DNA from: an uncultured Desulfobacterales bacterium
GTDB taxonomy: Bacteria > Desulfobacterota > Desulfobacteria > Desulfobacterales > Desulfatirhabdiaceae
DNA: 43,954 bases
Assembly (NCBI GenBank): GCA_964418135.1
Contig: CAYQKZ010000002.1
Coordinates: 1 to 43,954, forward strand
Direction of reading: 5' to 3'
How positions within the stretch are numbered: the first letter of the stretch is position 1; each line of letters begins with the position of its first letter. Of the stretch, positions 15,841 through 25,666 are shown piece by piece. A program made the translations under genes and the position numbers. The notes beneath the pieces were generated by a model. It saw only the letters and a list, made by a program, of their open reading frames with translations, ran no database searches and had not been told where the DNA came from.

Positions 15841-15873
15841 AGTTGTCATTTCGATAACTATCTTCCTGAATAA

Positions 15874-16926
15874 TTAAGCAGGGGGGGGTGAACGGTTACA
15901 TTTAAACAAATGTTTATCAATTTTGCTAAACATTTTCTGTATCAGGCACTGAACAACACCCAACAAACTTCCGGCTGCAAACACCATTGAACGTAACAAA
16001 ATGATCCATAGAGCGATGACTCCTACACATCTATCTCGGCGGTAGGCTTTGATAGAAAAAGGAATTGCAAGAACCATCACCCCGGTACACAGCCATAAAA
16101 TCCAAATAAATACATTTCGAACCAGAAATGATATGGGCAGCAAAATAAAAGACAACGCCATCAGCATCGTCTGAATTTTCAACACATTCGGCGTATAAGA
16201 ATCTGCTACAGCTTTCCGGGGATGGCGGCGGTACACGATCATGCGCCAATAGCCCCTCCAGAACTTGACTCTCAAATATCTCGACAACGTGGCGGGATGC
16301 CGATGATAGACAACCGCACCCGGCTTGAAAACCATTTTGCATCCGGCGGCGGACAGCCGATAAGAAAGGTCGGTATCTTCGTTGTTGGCTTTGGGAAAGC
16401 TTTCATCGAAGCCACCAGCGATTTCGAAAGCATCTTTTCTGAACGCTGCGGAATAACTGTCCACCATATCGATGCGCGAATGCCGAAGAAGCATGTCGTA
16501 CCGGTCTTCAAACTCCACCTGAGCAAATCGTGCAACCAGTTCCCTTTGTCGCGTCCGATAACTCCCCTTTACGGCCACAACCTGAGGATCGGTAAACGGT
16601 TCGACCATTTCTTCGATCCAATGGGGAGTCGGCACACAATCCGAATCCGTAAATAAAATGATCCGCCCCTGTGCCGCATGCACCCCATGGTTTCGTGCAG
16701 ATGCCGGTCCCCGATTTTTCTGGAACAGATAGCGGATATTGAATCGTCTGGCAATTTCCGCTGTTCTGTCGGTCGATCCGTCATCGACCACGATGACTTC
16801 ATAATTGTCTTGATGCACGGTCTGTGCCGTCAGCGATTCAAGACAAGACACCAGCGTCTGCTCGGCATTGTAAGCCGGCACAATCACGGAAAAATCGACG
16901 GAATTTCCCTTTTCTGCCATCTGCAT
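15874..16926 (-). CDS. family 2 glycosyltransferase with C-terminal membrane segments
   Basis: FSVIVPAYNAEQTL, VIVVDDGSTDRT and ILFTDSDCV (DxD) motifs, with a hydrophobic C-terminal third. Confidence 0.85.
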   Translation of the reverse strand: MQMAEKGNSVDFSVIVPAYNAEQTLVSCLESLTAQTVHQDNYEVIVVDDGSTDRTAEIARRFNIRYLFQKNRGPASARNHGVHAAQGRIILFTDSDCVPTPHWIEEMVEPFTDPQVVAVKGSYRTRQRELVARFAQVEFEDRYDMLLRHSRIDMVDSYSAAFRKDAFEIAGGFDESFPKANNEDTDLSYRLSAAGCKMVFKPGAVVYHRHPATLSRYLRVKFWRGYWRMIVYRRHPRKAVADSYTPNVLKIQTMLMALSFILLPISFLVRNVFIWILWLCTGVMVLAIPFSIKAYRRDRCVGVIALWIILLRSMVFAAGSLLGVVQCLIQKMFSKIDKHLFKCNRSPPPA

Positions 16927-16930
16927 GTTT

Positions 16931-18418
16931 TTACACCTTGGATCCCATCAGCAGATACTTGAAAAAAGCAGCCCCGGCTTTTACCGTGCGGGGAATATCC
17001 TCCGGCTTTTTCAGAATCTGGATCAATTTATACAGAAAATATTCCGGTCTGAGATAAAACCGGCGCCGTGCCTGGTCACACAGCCGGACCAGTTCCGCAG
17101 ACGTCAGGGTCTCATTTCTGACAACACAATTATGAAGCCCGTCCGGGGTGATCCAGCGGCTGAAATCGGATGCGGTTATCCACCCTTTCTGCGCGTATTC
17201 CCGATAGGCGTCGGTGCCGGGATATACCATCACCGGATAGAACTGAACCGTATCCGGATGTAATTGAATGGCCAGATCAACAGTGCGCCGAATGCTCTCC
17301 GGCGTTTCACCGGGAAATCCCATCATAAAACAGCCATGAATTAACAGCCCCGCCCGTCTGGCATCCCGCATGAACTGGAACATGCGGTCGCGTTTGGTGC
17401 CTTTTTTCATGGTATCGAGGATTCGCTGGTCCCCGCTTTCAAAGCCGACACACAACTGTCGGCAGCCGGCAGCCTTGATTTTCAGCATGGTTTCCAAATC
17501 CACATCGAATCGGGAATTGGCAGTCCAGGAAATCCGGATATTGCGGCCGATCATGGCATCGGCAAGCTCAATACACCGCTTCTTGCCGGCCGTCAGCGTA
17601 TCGTCTTCGAAGAAAATGGATTGGACATCGGGAAATGCGCGGATCACGTATTCCACTTCATCCAGAACATCTTGAATGCTCCGAAACCGGTAGGCTCTTC
17701 CCGTCAGTGTCTGCGGATAGACGCAGAAACTGCATCGAAACGGACATCCCCGGCTGGTAATCAGCGTCACCATGGGGTACAGCGCATTGGGATTGAAATA
17801 ATCCCGAATGTCGAGATGGCGTTTATAGACGGTGCTGACCCACGGCAGCACATCCAGATTGTCGATATACGGGCGATCCGGGTTCTGCATCACGCCTGCT
17901 GCCGTGTTGACGCAAAGCCCGTGAACGGTGATGCGTTCTTTATGGATGGGAAGCCCCGTTTCGGTATCAGCCAGCATCCGGGCCAGGTCCCGAATGGTAA
18001 ACTCGTATTCCCGCACAGCCACGGCATCGATACTATTGCTGAGCCGCAGCGTTTCATCGGGAAGGGCCGAAACATGCGTTCCCACCAGTACGATAAAGCT
18101 GTCGGGAATCACTTTCTTGAGTGCTTCGGCCACATCGATATCGTTTCGAATGCTCGGTGTACTCGTATCCATGACGATCAGCCGTGGGCTGTATGTCACG
18201 GCCTGCCGGACGACTTCACGCAGATCGATATCCCGTGCCGGAGCATCTGTAAGAACGACTTCGAATCCGTCCTTTTCGAGTACCGCGGCACAGTATGCCA
18301 GCCATATCGGAAAATACAGGGTGCCACTCTTGGTAACGGCAGGGCTGCGCTGCGGCCTCGAAAATTTCGGTAAAAACGGTGGATTGAGTACCAGAACCTT
18401 CATATCTATACTTTTCAT
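16931..18418 (-). CDS. B12-binding-domain radical SAM enzyme (class B)
   Basis: N-terminal cobalamin-binding-like Rossmann segment (KVLVLNPP...FEVVLTDA...VGTHVSALP) and TSRGCPFRCSFC, a CX3CX2C motif. The alternative start MKVLVLNPP lies 15 nt downstream. Confidence 0.8.
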   Translation of the reverse strand: MKSIDMKVLVLNPPFLPKFSRPQRSPAVTKSGTLYFPIWLAYCAAVLEKDGFEVVLTDAPARDIDLREVVRQAVTYSPRLIVMDTSTPSIRNDIDVAEALKKVIPDSFIVLVGTHVSALPDETLRLSNSIDAVAVREYEFTIRDLARMLADTETGLPIHKERITVHGLCVNTAAGVMQNPDRPYIDNLDVLPWVSTVYKRHLDIRDYFNPNALYPMVTLITSRGCPFRCSFCVYPQTLTGRAYRFRSIQDVLDEVEYVIRAFPDVQSIFFEDDTLTAGKKRCIELADAMIGRNIRISWTANSRFDVDLETMLKIKAAGCRQLCVGFESGDQRILDTMKKGTKRDRMFQFMRDARRAGLLIHGCFMMGFPGETPESIRRTVDLAIQLHPDTVQFYPVMVYPGTDAYREYAQKGWITASDFSRWITPDGLHNCVVRNETLTSAELVRLCDQARRRFYLRPEYFLYKLIQILKKPEDIPRTVKAGAAFFKYLLMGSKV

Positions 18419-18424
18419 CGATCG

Positions 18425-19663
18425 TTAGCCGGCAATGCGGCGGGTAATCTCATCATACTGTCGCAACTGTTCCGCCATGAATCCCAGCTCTCCCTCAAAA
18501 CCGATCGCTTTGTGCGGACAGACCAGAAAACAATAGAGGCATTCGATGCAGTCCATGCCTTTTTCAGTGAATCGCTTTGGAATGCCGAGTGCCAGCGGAC
18601 AGTAATCCGCACACCGGGTACACCCCGGATCACAGCGCTCCGGTATAAAGGTCAGGCGATTCAGCACCATTTCCTCGTGGATGAAATTGTCCTGCCGAAG
18701 TCCGGATGCAAACAACAGATAGCCGAAAATTCGGGTGGACGCCAGCCAGGTGAAGAAAGGCGTGTTGCGAACCGCCAGAAAATACTTTTGCCGTTTAGGA
18801 CTGTGGATGAAAGACGCCAGAAAATTTGCAGTGGGCCGTTCAAAATTTCTGACCAATCCATCGAGTTTGAGACTTTTCAGATAGTCGAAATGGGATGGAC
18901 CGATCAGACCACGGGATTCGGCAATTTTCAAGGTCAGAATATCGCGATGATCGAATCCGGCAAGGTGGGCACAGAGCATGTCCAGAAGATAGGGATCGGT
19001 TCCGCCGATAATCAATCCCAGTTGGATCGGTTTTCCCCGTGTGGGACCCAGCCCCTCCATGGCAATCAGCCCATCGATCACATGCAGATGCGGCCTCAGT
19101 TGCTGATTGAGATTCACGATGTTTTTGGCCAGATCCTGATGGGTTTTCTTCTTGTTTTCCTGGCCGACCAGGCATCCCATCAGATTTTTGAGACAGACAC
19201 TCATCCCGACTTCGAAATGCGTTTTGATTTTGGGAAGATTGATCAACAAATCGCATTGAAAACAGGTTTCCGCCACACCCGCGAGGATTCCCTTTTCAAA
19301 TCGGACAAATTGCGGTCGATCCTGATTCAGATCGCAAACATTCACGCCGAAATACCGTGCCAGGCTGTCCACTTTCAGGCGGGATATGACACTGATCCGG
19401 TTGCGATAATAACCGCTGTTGGTTCCTTCGCCGATGGTGATGTGGCGGTAGCCGGCATCTTTCAGGTGGGTAATCACAGCCGCCATCAGCCGCAGATCGG
19501 TGGTGTTGCCGGTCAAGGCATTCATATTGGCATTCAGATTGGGTTTCAACAATATTCGCGCATCCGAAGATGTGGGCAGAACATGTTGAAAACTGTTGAA
19601 AATATCTTCGACACCGGCAAAGATTTCCTTGCGGGATGCCGCTTTTTTGATTGCAACCTTCAT
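18425..19663 (-). CDS. DUF362 domain protein fused to a C-terminal 2x[4Fe-4S] ferredoxin-like module
   Basis: ARILLKPNLN...HITIGEGT is typical of DUF362. C-terminal Cys motifs CTRCADYCP and CIECLYCFLVCP are present. Confidence 0.7.
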   Translation of the reverse strand: MKVAIKKAASRKEIFAGVEDIFNSFQHVLPTSSDARILLKPNLNANMNALTGNTTDLRLMAAVITHLKDAGYRHITIGEGTNSGYYRNRISVISRLKVDSLARYFGVNVCDLNQDRPQFVRFEKGILAGVAETCFQCDLLINLPKIKTHFEVGMSVCLKNLMGCLVGQENKKKTHQDLAKNIVNLNQQLRPHLHVIDGLIAMEGLGPTRGKPIQLGLIIGGTDPYLLDMLCAHLAGFDHRDILTLKIAESRGLIGPSHFDYLKSLKLDGLVRNFERPTANFLASFIHSPKRQKYFLAVRNTPFFTWLASTRIFGYLLFASGLRQDNFIHEEMVLNRLTFIPERCDPGCTRCADYCPLALGIPKRFTEKGMDCIECLYCFLVCPHKAIGFEGELGFMAEQLRQYDEITRRIAG

Positions 19664-19750
19664 GTTCGTTCCATTGTTCCCAATTCTGCAAATTCATAAA
19701 AAAAAGCATCTGAACCGATAAAAGGATTGCATGTCAGGAGTAAAACATTT

Positions 19751-20908
19751 TTATCGACGGCCCGATGTCCGCTGCCACAACTCCAAGGCCGAATCGACAA
19801 CGTCTTTTACCGCAATCGATTTCATGCATTCATAAAATATATTATTTGTACAAGTCTTCTCATCACAATGCGCCCGGCAGATAAACGGCTTTTCCACGAC
19901 AATTGCCACGGGACTGCGGGGACCGGTCTGCATCGATTTCGACGGACCAAAGATCGCCACTGTCGGAACCTGTACCGCAGCGGCGATGTGCATTGGCGCA
20001 CTGTCATTACACACAAAAAGAGATGCTTTTTGAATAATTCCAAGCATTTCACGCAAATTGATTTTGCCGGCCAAGATATATGGCCGATGCTTCAATCGGT
20101 CGGCAATTTCTTTCACATCCGCGAGTTCGCTGTACGTACCCAACAACACCAGCGGGCACCGGATTTTTTCAGAGATATGATCGAAAGCGGCTGCGTAACG
20201 ATCGTTCATCCATCGTTTCAATGGCAACCTGGAACCGGGATGTGCACACCAGAATGGTTGATGAACCCCTTCCTTCTCCAATATTTTATCAACATGAACT
20301 TTTTCTTCGGGCGTAAGATGAATTCCCCAATCAAGATGGGTTCGATCCACTTGTGCGCCTAAAAAGGCAGCCATGTCCAGATGGTAATCCACCCGGTGAT
20401 TGACTTGCGGATGGGCAACCACATGGGTGAGTGCAAATGCACCTCCCCCCACGGCATAGCTCAGTTTATACCGAGCGTCCAAGGGGAGAACCAGCAACAG
20501 GATTTCCCGAATATCTCCGCGCGCCTCGATGACCAGGTCGAATCGGCGATGCTTCAACCTTCGAATAAAAGTCAGATAATCCAGCATGCGAGCCGGATAA
20601 AACCAGAAAGGGTTAAACTCGATAACCGCATCGATGTCTGGATTGTTTTTCAGCAGAGGGGCGGCAACCGTTGATGTCAAAAAAGAAATACGTGCATCGG
20701 GAAACCGTGTTTTAAGGAGCTTTATCATCGGTATCGTCATAACGACATCACCGATATATGCCGTACGGATCACGAGAATATGTTTTACCTTTTTCGGAAC
20801 GATTTCTGCCACTACATCGAAAGGATTCAAAAGCCTGACTGCCAAATTGCCGATACTATCGGCAATCGCAGTCAATATTCGTTTTTTTCGGTTATAAATA
20901 CGGTACAT
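19751..20908 (-). CDS. family 9 glycosyltransferase (heptosyltransferase-like)
   Basis: ILVIRTAYIGDVVMTIPMIKLLKTRFPDARISFLT and LFVCNDSAPMHIAAAVQVPTVAIFGPS are classic GT9 segments. Confidence 0.8.
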   Translation of the reverse strand: MYRIYNRKKRILTAIADSIGNLAVRLLNPFDVVAEIVPKKVKHILVIRTAYIGDVVMTIPMIKLLKTRFPDARISFLTSTVAAPLLKNNPDIDAVIEFNPFWFYPARMLDYLTFIRRLKHRRFDLVIEARGDIREILLLVLPLDARYKLSYAVGGGAFALTHVVAHPQVNHRVDYHLDMAAFLGAQVDRTHLDWGIHLTPEEKVHVDKILEKEGVHQPFWCAHPGSRLPLKRWMNDRYAAAFDHISEKIRCPLVLLGTYSELADVKEIADRLKHRPYILAGKINLREMLGIIQKASLFVCNDSAPMHIAAAVQVPTVAIFGPSKSMQTGPRSPVAIVVEKPFICRAHCDEKTCTNNIFYECMKSIAVKDVVDSALELWQRTSGRR

Positions 20909-21538
20909 TCAGTCTCGATTACGATATAAAATCGGGTCAATGCCTTCATGCATGGATTTCATATCCAGCTTTCCCCCTAAGAAACCGTTCAGTTGCATCA
21001 AGTGAGATTCAGGAGCAGACAGCAGGAGGTTATAATCTATAACAATGTATTGAACATTGGAGGTACTCTTCAGCCACATTTCTATTTTTTTTAAATGTCT
21101 CTGATAAGAAGCTGTTATTTCAGTATCACTGACCGAATTCGGTTCAGAAGCCCTGTTTATAAGCATCTTCCGCTGGGACGCCAGAATTTCACTGATCTTT
21201 CTCTGCATGAATATGATACGATACATATAGTCAAGCGGCAGATACGGCAACAGCGCAGAGATGATTTTCACTGCTCTGCCGTGTGCCTCATGCAACCAGG
21301 CGGTATCACCCTCCGCAAGATTTTTCACCCGTTCATATTCATAATATCCCTTGGGATTGTCTTCATCCGCCATACGGAAGCCATCAGTCAGCAAGGGGAT
21401 ACCAGCGGATTCCAAAATTTTCATCATCATGGACGTCCCAGATCGGGGCAATCCCGAAACCACGATAATCGGTTCGGTACGTCTGGAACACAGCCGATTA
21501 AAATGGGAAATATTGGTTTTGATTTTTTGCAGGTGCAT
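20909..21538 (-). CDS. sulfotransferase family protein
   Basis: 209 aa. GLPRSGTSMMMKIL matches the 5'-PSB (PAPS-binding) loop. The stop codon directly abuts the GT9 start codon. Confidence 0.65.
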   Translation of the reverse strand: MHLQKIKTNISHFNRLCSRRTEPIIVVSGLPRSGTSMMMKILESAGIPLLTDGFRMADEDNPKGYYEYERVKNLAEGDTAWLHEAHGRAVKIISALLPYLPLDYMYRIIFMQRKISEILASQRKMLINRASEPNSVSDTEITASYQRHLKKIEMWLKSTSNVQYIVIDYNLLLSAPESHLMQLNGFLGGKLDMKSMHEGIDPILYRNRD

Positions 21539-21541
21539 TTG

Positions 21542-22537
21542 TTAACTGTATCTCGACATAATCGTGGATGCAACCATCTTTCCTTCAGTGAACCTGTCAA
21601 GAAAATGCATCCAACCCGGATACTGCAAAACATAATGTTGCAGACGCCCGACAAATTTTTCAGTTCGATTCGTAGCCCCATCGATCGCACCCACATCTAC
21701 AGTCAACGGTGGTTCAATGATGATGCAAAACGGCTTTTTCTGACCCGGTAGCAGAAACATCGGCAGGAAGGATGCCCCTGTTTTTTCAGCCAACAGCGAA
21801 GGCCCGATCGGAAACAAAACAGGTTGATTGCAGAATCGGAACAAACTATGCCGACCAACTCTCTGCTCGGTACCCGTGCCGTCACCTGTAATCATCACCA
21901 CACCATTTTGGTGAAGCCATTTGAATACCGGTCGCAAGAACCCATCTGCCTTGACAATCTCTGCTGGAATCATGGATTCGTAATGAAGCCGCAACCTGAA
22001 AGCCACTTTTCTACCAATCCTGCTCAGGCCCTCATCAGACGGCAATCCGATCTGCTTCATACCGTATCCAAGACGCGCCAGCACTACCAGCGGAATATGC
22101 ACCGGCCCGAAGTGGCCATGAACCAGAATGACGCCATTTCCTTCCTGTAATGCATGATCCAAGTTTTCAAGACCCTTGAATTCGATGAAACGATTGATCT
22201 CGTTCTCCATGAATCTTGGAAAAATGAATATCATCAGCCGATCGACATAATGGTTCCTGAAATATTCGCGAATTTGTCTGTGATACCACTGTATTTTGCG
22301 ATCTCCGACAACTTTCCTGATATTATGGATCAATAAATTTCTTTTCCCAATTGAAAAAGCGAAATGGATATCACCCATCCAGCGGAGAATGGACAGACAC
22401 CCGTTGATGGGAAGCACAAGCAGCATCCATCGAAGTGGGTACCAGACAACTATCCTTAACAAATCGCGCAAAAAATTCTCGTCATGAGTCATGATTCTCT
22501 CCCACAGAAACGATCTGAATGAAACCATCCGCCTCAA
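21542..22537 (-). CDS. LpxL/HtrB-like lipid A-type late acyltransferase family protein (paralog 1)
   Basis: GLENLDHALQEGNGVILVHGHFGPVH matches the HFGNWE-type region of PF03279-like acyltransferases, and there is an N-terminal membrane anchor. The ORF opens with TTG abutting the upstream stop; ATG alternatives are at 22528 and 22492. Confidence 0.65.
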   Translation of the reverse strand: MRRMVSFRSFLWERIMTHDENFLRDLLRIVVWYPLRWMLLVLPINGCLSILRWMGDIHFAFSIGKRNLLIHNIRKVVGDRKIQWYHRQIREYFRNHYVDRLMIFIFPRFMENEINRFIEFKGLENLDHALQEGNGVILVHGHFGPVHIPLVVLARLGYGMKQIGLPSDEGLSRIGRKVAFRLRLHYESMIPAEIVKADGFLRPVFKWLHQNGVVMITGDGTGTEQRVGRHSLFRFCNQPVLFPIGPSLLAEKTGASFLPMFLLPGQKKPFCIIIEPPLTVDVGAIDGATNRTEKFVGRLQHYVLQYPGWMHFLDRFTEGKMVASTIMSRYS

Positions 22538-24049
22538 TTATATCGGTTCAAGTCGGGGCCAACTACTTCCGGATGCAATCATCACCTGCTCTGAGCGGCA
22601 TTCGTCGTTTCGTACACGCAACTCGTTCTCCGCCATGACCAGGCCTGCCGTGACCACACCCAGTATCGGCCAGAGAAATTGACTGTTATATTCAAAGTCT
22701 ACAAGCCCATGAATACCTATAATTAAAAGAATCAAGGCAAGTACAATGGATATTTCGTATAGTTCCAGATTGGGGGACATCAATATGACATAAAACCTTT
22801 TGATATAAGAACATATAATGATGAGAAGTAATATGAATCCTGGAATACCCATATCAAAAAGAATGGAAAAGTATATACTGTGGGCATAAGGTACTTCATC
22901 CTTTGACATGTAGGCTTTAAACCCCCCAGGGCCAAGACCCATCCAATGGCTTTTATTGTCGAGATATTGGAATCCCTTTTTCCACCATTCAAAACGCATT
23001 GAAATGGAGTCCTCATCCATGGTGGAAATGGAAGACGTTCCCGCAATCCTGTCGAGTACGGATTTATTCACCGTTACTTGAATCAGTATAAATGAAGAGA
23101 TGATCATGATGATCCACAGGACAGAATTGCTGATCGCCCTATTTTTAATCTTCTGATTGACAACCAGATACATGGCACCTACCATAATCAGGATCAGAAG
23201 GCATGCTTTTGACTGGGATAAAAATACAGACATTACCATCAATATCAGAAGGAATATGTTGATTCCCCTGCTCCCCTGCCTGCGAACTATCCTATACAAC
23301 AGGCATACGACTGCGATATTCATCAAGCACCCGTTCTGGTTTGGATGAGATAGCAAACCTGCTCTTCTGGGGTGAATGCGAAACTCGAACAATACACAGA
23401 GAATATCCTTCACTACCTCGAAATTATAATGATAGTAAGTTGTATTTTGAAGACTTTTGTATTGGGCGAACATATGGCCACCAATGGCTGCAATGGAAAA
23501 GATGAAAGCCGTAAATATAAAGGCTGTTATAACGTTATCGAGCCGTTCCATGTTATTGACGGCATTTACCGTGAAATAAAACATAAAGATATTAATGATA
23601 AAAAAAGAAAACTGGAGAAAGCAGAAAATGGGATTGGGAGACCACAGATAGGTTATGAAAGACCAGGAAAGTAAAGCCACCCAAACACCGTTTATCGTAG
23701 ACACTCTTTGGATGGGCATTCTGCCAGACATTCTGTGAATGATCCAACCTGCAAACACGGTTGGTACAAAAAGCGTATATAGTTTTGGAAAAGCAAGAAA
23801 ATAAGCAAGATAATTTGACATATAATTAACAATCATATCAAATCTGAAAGTAACTACCATCACCGGAGCAAGGAAAATAAGCGTATACACTTTCCAATCA
23901 AGACTGAAAAAGACGATTATCAGAAGGACAAAGAGAAACGGCAGTGCAATGGAAATATAGATGTTCTTCATTAAAGCCATCACTGCGAACATGATAAGCC
24001 CTCCCAACACAGCTATGATGGAAACCAACGGCGGAGTCACTCTATCCAT
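22538..24049 (-). CDS. O-antigen ligase/polymerase-like polytopic membrane protein (Wzy_C-type)
   Basis: 503 aa and highly hydrophobic, with many predicted TM helices and one larger loop. Sits in a glycan locus. Confidence 0.65.
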   Translation of the reverse strand: MDRVTPPLVSIIAVLGGLIMFAVMALMKNIYISIALPFLFVLLIIVFFSLDWKVYTLIFLAPVMVVTFRFDMIVNYMSNYLAYFLAFPKLYTLFVPTVFAGWIIHRMSGRMPIQRVSTINGVWVALLSWSFITYLWSPNPIFCFLQFSFFIINIFMFYFTVNAVNNMERLDNVITAFIFTAFIFSIAAIGGHMFAQYKSLQNTTYYHYNFEVVKDILCVLFEFRIHPRRAGLLSHPNQNGCLMNIAVVCLLYRIVRRQGSRGINIFLLILMVMSVFLSQSKACLLILIMVGAMYLVVNQKIKNRAISNSVLWIIMIISSFILIQVTVNKSVLDRIAGTSSISTMDEDSISMRFEWWKKGFQYLDNKSHWMGLGPGGFKAYMSKDEVPYAHSIYFSILFDMGIPGFILLLIIICSYIKRFYVILMSPNLELYEISIVLALILLIIGIHGLVDFEYNSQFLWPILGVVTAGLVMAENELRVRNDECRSEQVMIASGSSWPRLEPI

Positions 24050-25650
24050 AAAATATATATTTTTTTACCTTTTCTCAGTATCTCATATATATGGACACCT
24101 TGAACAGAATCAAGGTATCTGACGTTTATCAATTCGTCCATCTTTTCAGCAAGGAGCCGATATGTATAATATGCCAGTTTTCTGTCGGACTTCCCCCGTA
24201 CCTTGGAATTGTAAATCAGTCCGACATTATCAAAATAGCCGTTTTTCTGCCCGTCGAACTCCTTCCATTCCGTAAGACTTACCCAGAATATCTTCGAGAT
24301 ACCATTTGAGAGAGATAGGGTATATCGCTTCGCCAGAGAGACAGCCTGACCCTTTTCAGACTGACAAGGCAAGTTTGCATCGCATCCAGTGTGGTCCGAC
24401 ATCTCCGTGATCCAAATCGGGATATCTCTGTATCCGATATTCTCCAATTCCCGCCGCATATCTCTTACAATATCCTTCATTTCAAAGGTTTTGCCTAATT
24501 TCGAACTCTGTTTCCTGTAACTCCCCGTTACCGGATCCCTGACCCAGTGAAAATCCATGATGTCGAAATACTTTTTCCCGGGAACACTCTCTCTGTCGAT
24601 TTCCCTGAAAACTGGAACATAAAAATTTTCCAATCCATCCGGGTAGGACATGCCGGCAATCAGTACCTTCGCATTGGGATTCACCTGTTTGATTGCCTCA
24701 TACGATCTCATGAGAAGCCTGGCATAGTTCTCAGGGGTATCCTTCCAGTACAATGACGTATCCACCTCATTTTCTATCTGCCAATAATTAATGATCGGGG
24801 AGCCCGGCGCATCATCTTTCCCGTCTCCATCATATCTCTCCACCGATTTCTTGAGAAAACGTAAATACGCATCCATATTTGAAGGCAAATATCCAATTTC
24901 AGCACCATAACTCTTGCTGACCGGCTTGACCGTGTAAACGGAATATATCCCAGCCTTGGTTGCATTGAGAGCGGATTGATCCATTCTTGACCAGTCAAAT
25001 TCACCCGGCCTAAACTCAATCAAGTCCCAGACCAGACCAGACCGCCCAGCTCTTCTAACCCAGAAGGCGTTTACAGCAACAATACTTTCCGAGGGGTCGG
25101 AGCCGGGATCATGAATGCCGAACGGGGATAGAAATCTGTCTATCGGGCCTTTTGCCTCGTAGGGGAGCGGTTCGACAACAACAGGAACTTCTCCAACTTC
25201 CACAGTAATCTTTCCATTGATTGCCCGAATTCTTGATTTCTTGAATATTTCCTTTCCTGTCTTCTCCGCCGACTCAACCTCAGCACCTGACGAGAATTGC
25301 GGAACAACTGCTGTCACCAGTGCTTGATCATATTGAAATGGTAGGCTGACACTTTTTTCAACCGCTACTTTTTCCTTTGAGGGTAGGCCTTCAAGCAGGG
25401 TGATAGCTGTATTCAGGAGCCTGACAGCCTCATCCCTGTCACCTCTGCTCATGGCTTCCCTTGATTTTCTGTCTAGTTCAATCGCCGCTGAAACGTCCAT
25501 CCCCTGAGACCGCTTTTCGTTCAGGATTATGTGAAACCGGTTCACCGCCCCCCCCAGATATTGGCCTATGCCTGTGCCTGGACCGGCTGCGGCCAGGTGT
25601 ACCAGCGAAATCAACATCAACGAGCAGATAAGCAATATTGATCTTTTCAT
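24037..25650 (-). CDS. secreted clan GH-A-like (TIM-barrel) glycoside hydrolase candidate
   Basis: Signal peptide MKRSILLICSLMLISLVHLAAA. INYWQIENEVD (NE acid/base-type motif) and IPIWITEMSD (nucleophile-type TE motif) are spaced as in clan GH-A enzymes. The 3' end overlaps the next gene by 13 nt. Confidence 0.45.
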   Translation of the reverse strand: MKRSILLICSLMLISLVHLAAAGPGTGIGQYLGGAVNRFHIILNEKRSQGMDVSAAIELDRKSREAMSRGDRDEAVRLLNTAITLLEGLPSKEKVAVEKSVSLPFQYDQALVTAVVPQFSSGAEVESAEKTGKEIFKKSRIRAINGKITVEVGEVPVVVEPLPYEAKGPIDRFLSPFGIHDPGSDPSESIVAVNAFWVRRAGRSGLVWDLIEFRPGEFDWSRMDQSALNATKAGIYSVYTVKPVSKSYGAEIGYLPSNMDAYLRFLKKSVERYDGDGKDDAPGSPIINYWQIENEVDTSLYWKDTPENYARLLMRSYEAIKQVNPNAKVLIAGMSYPDGLENFYVPVFREIDRESVPGKKYFDIMDFHWVRDPVTGSYRKQSSKLGKTFEMKDIVRDMRRELENIGYRDIPIWITEMSDHTGCDANLPCQSEKGQAVSLAKRYTLSLSNGISKIFWVSLTEWKEFDGQKNGYFDNVGLIYNSKVRGKSDRKLAYYTYRLLAEKMDELINVRYLDSVQGVHIYEILRKGKKIYILWIE

Positions 25651-25666
25651 GGCGCCCTCTCACCAG

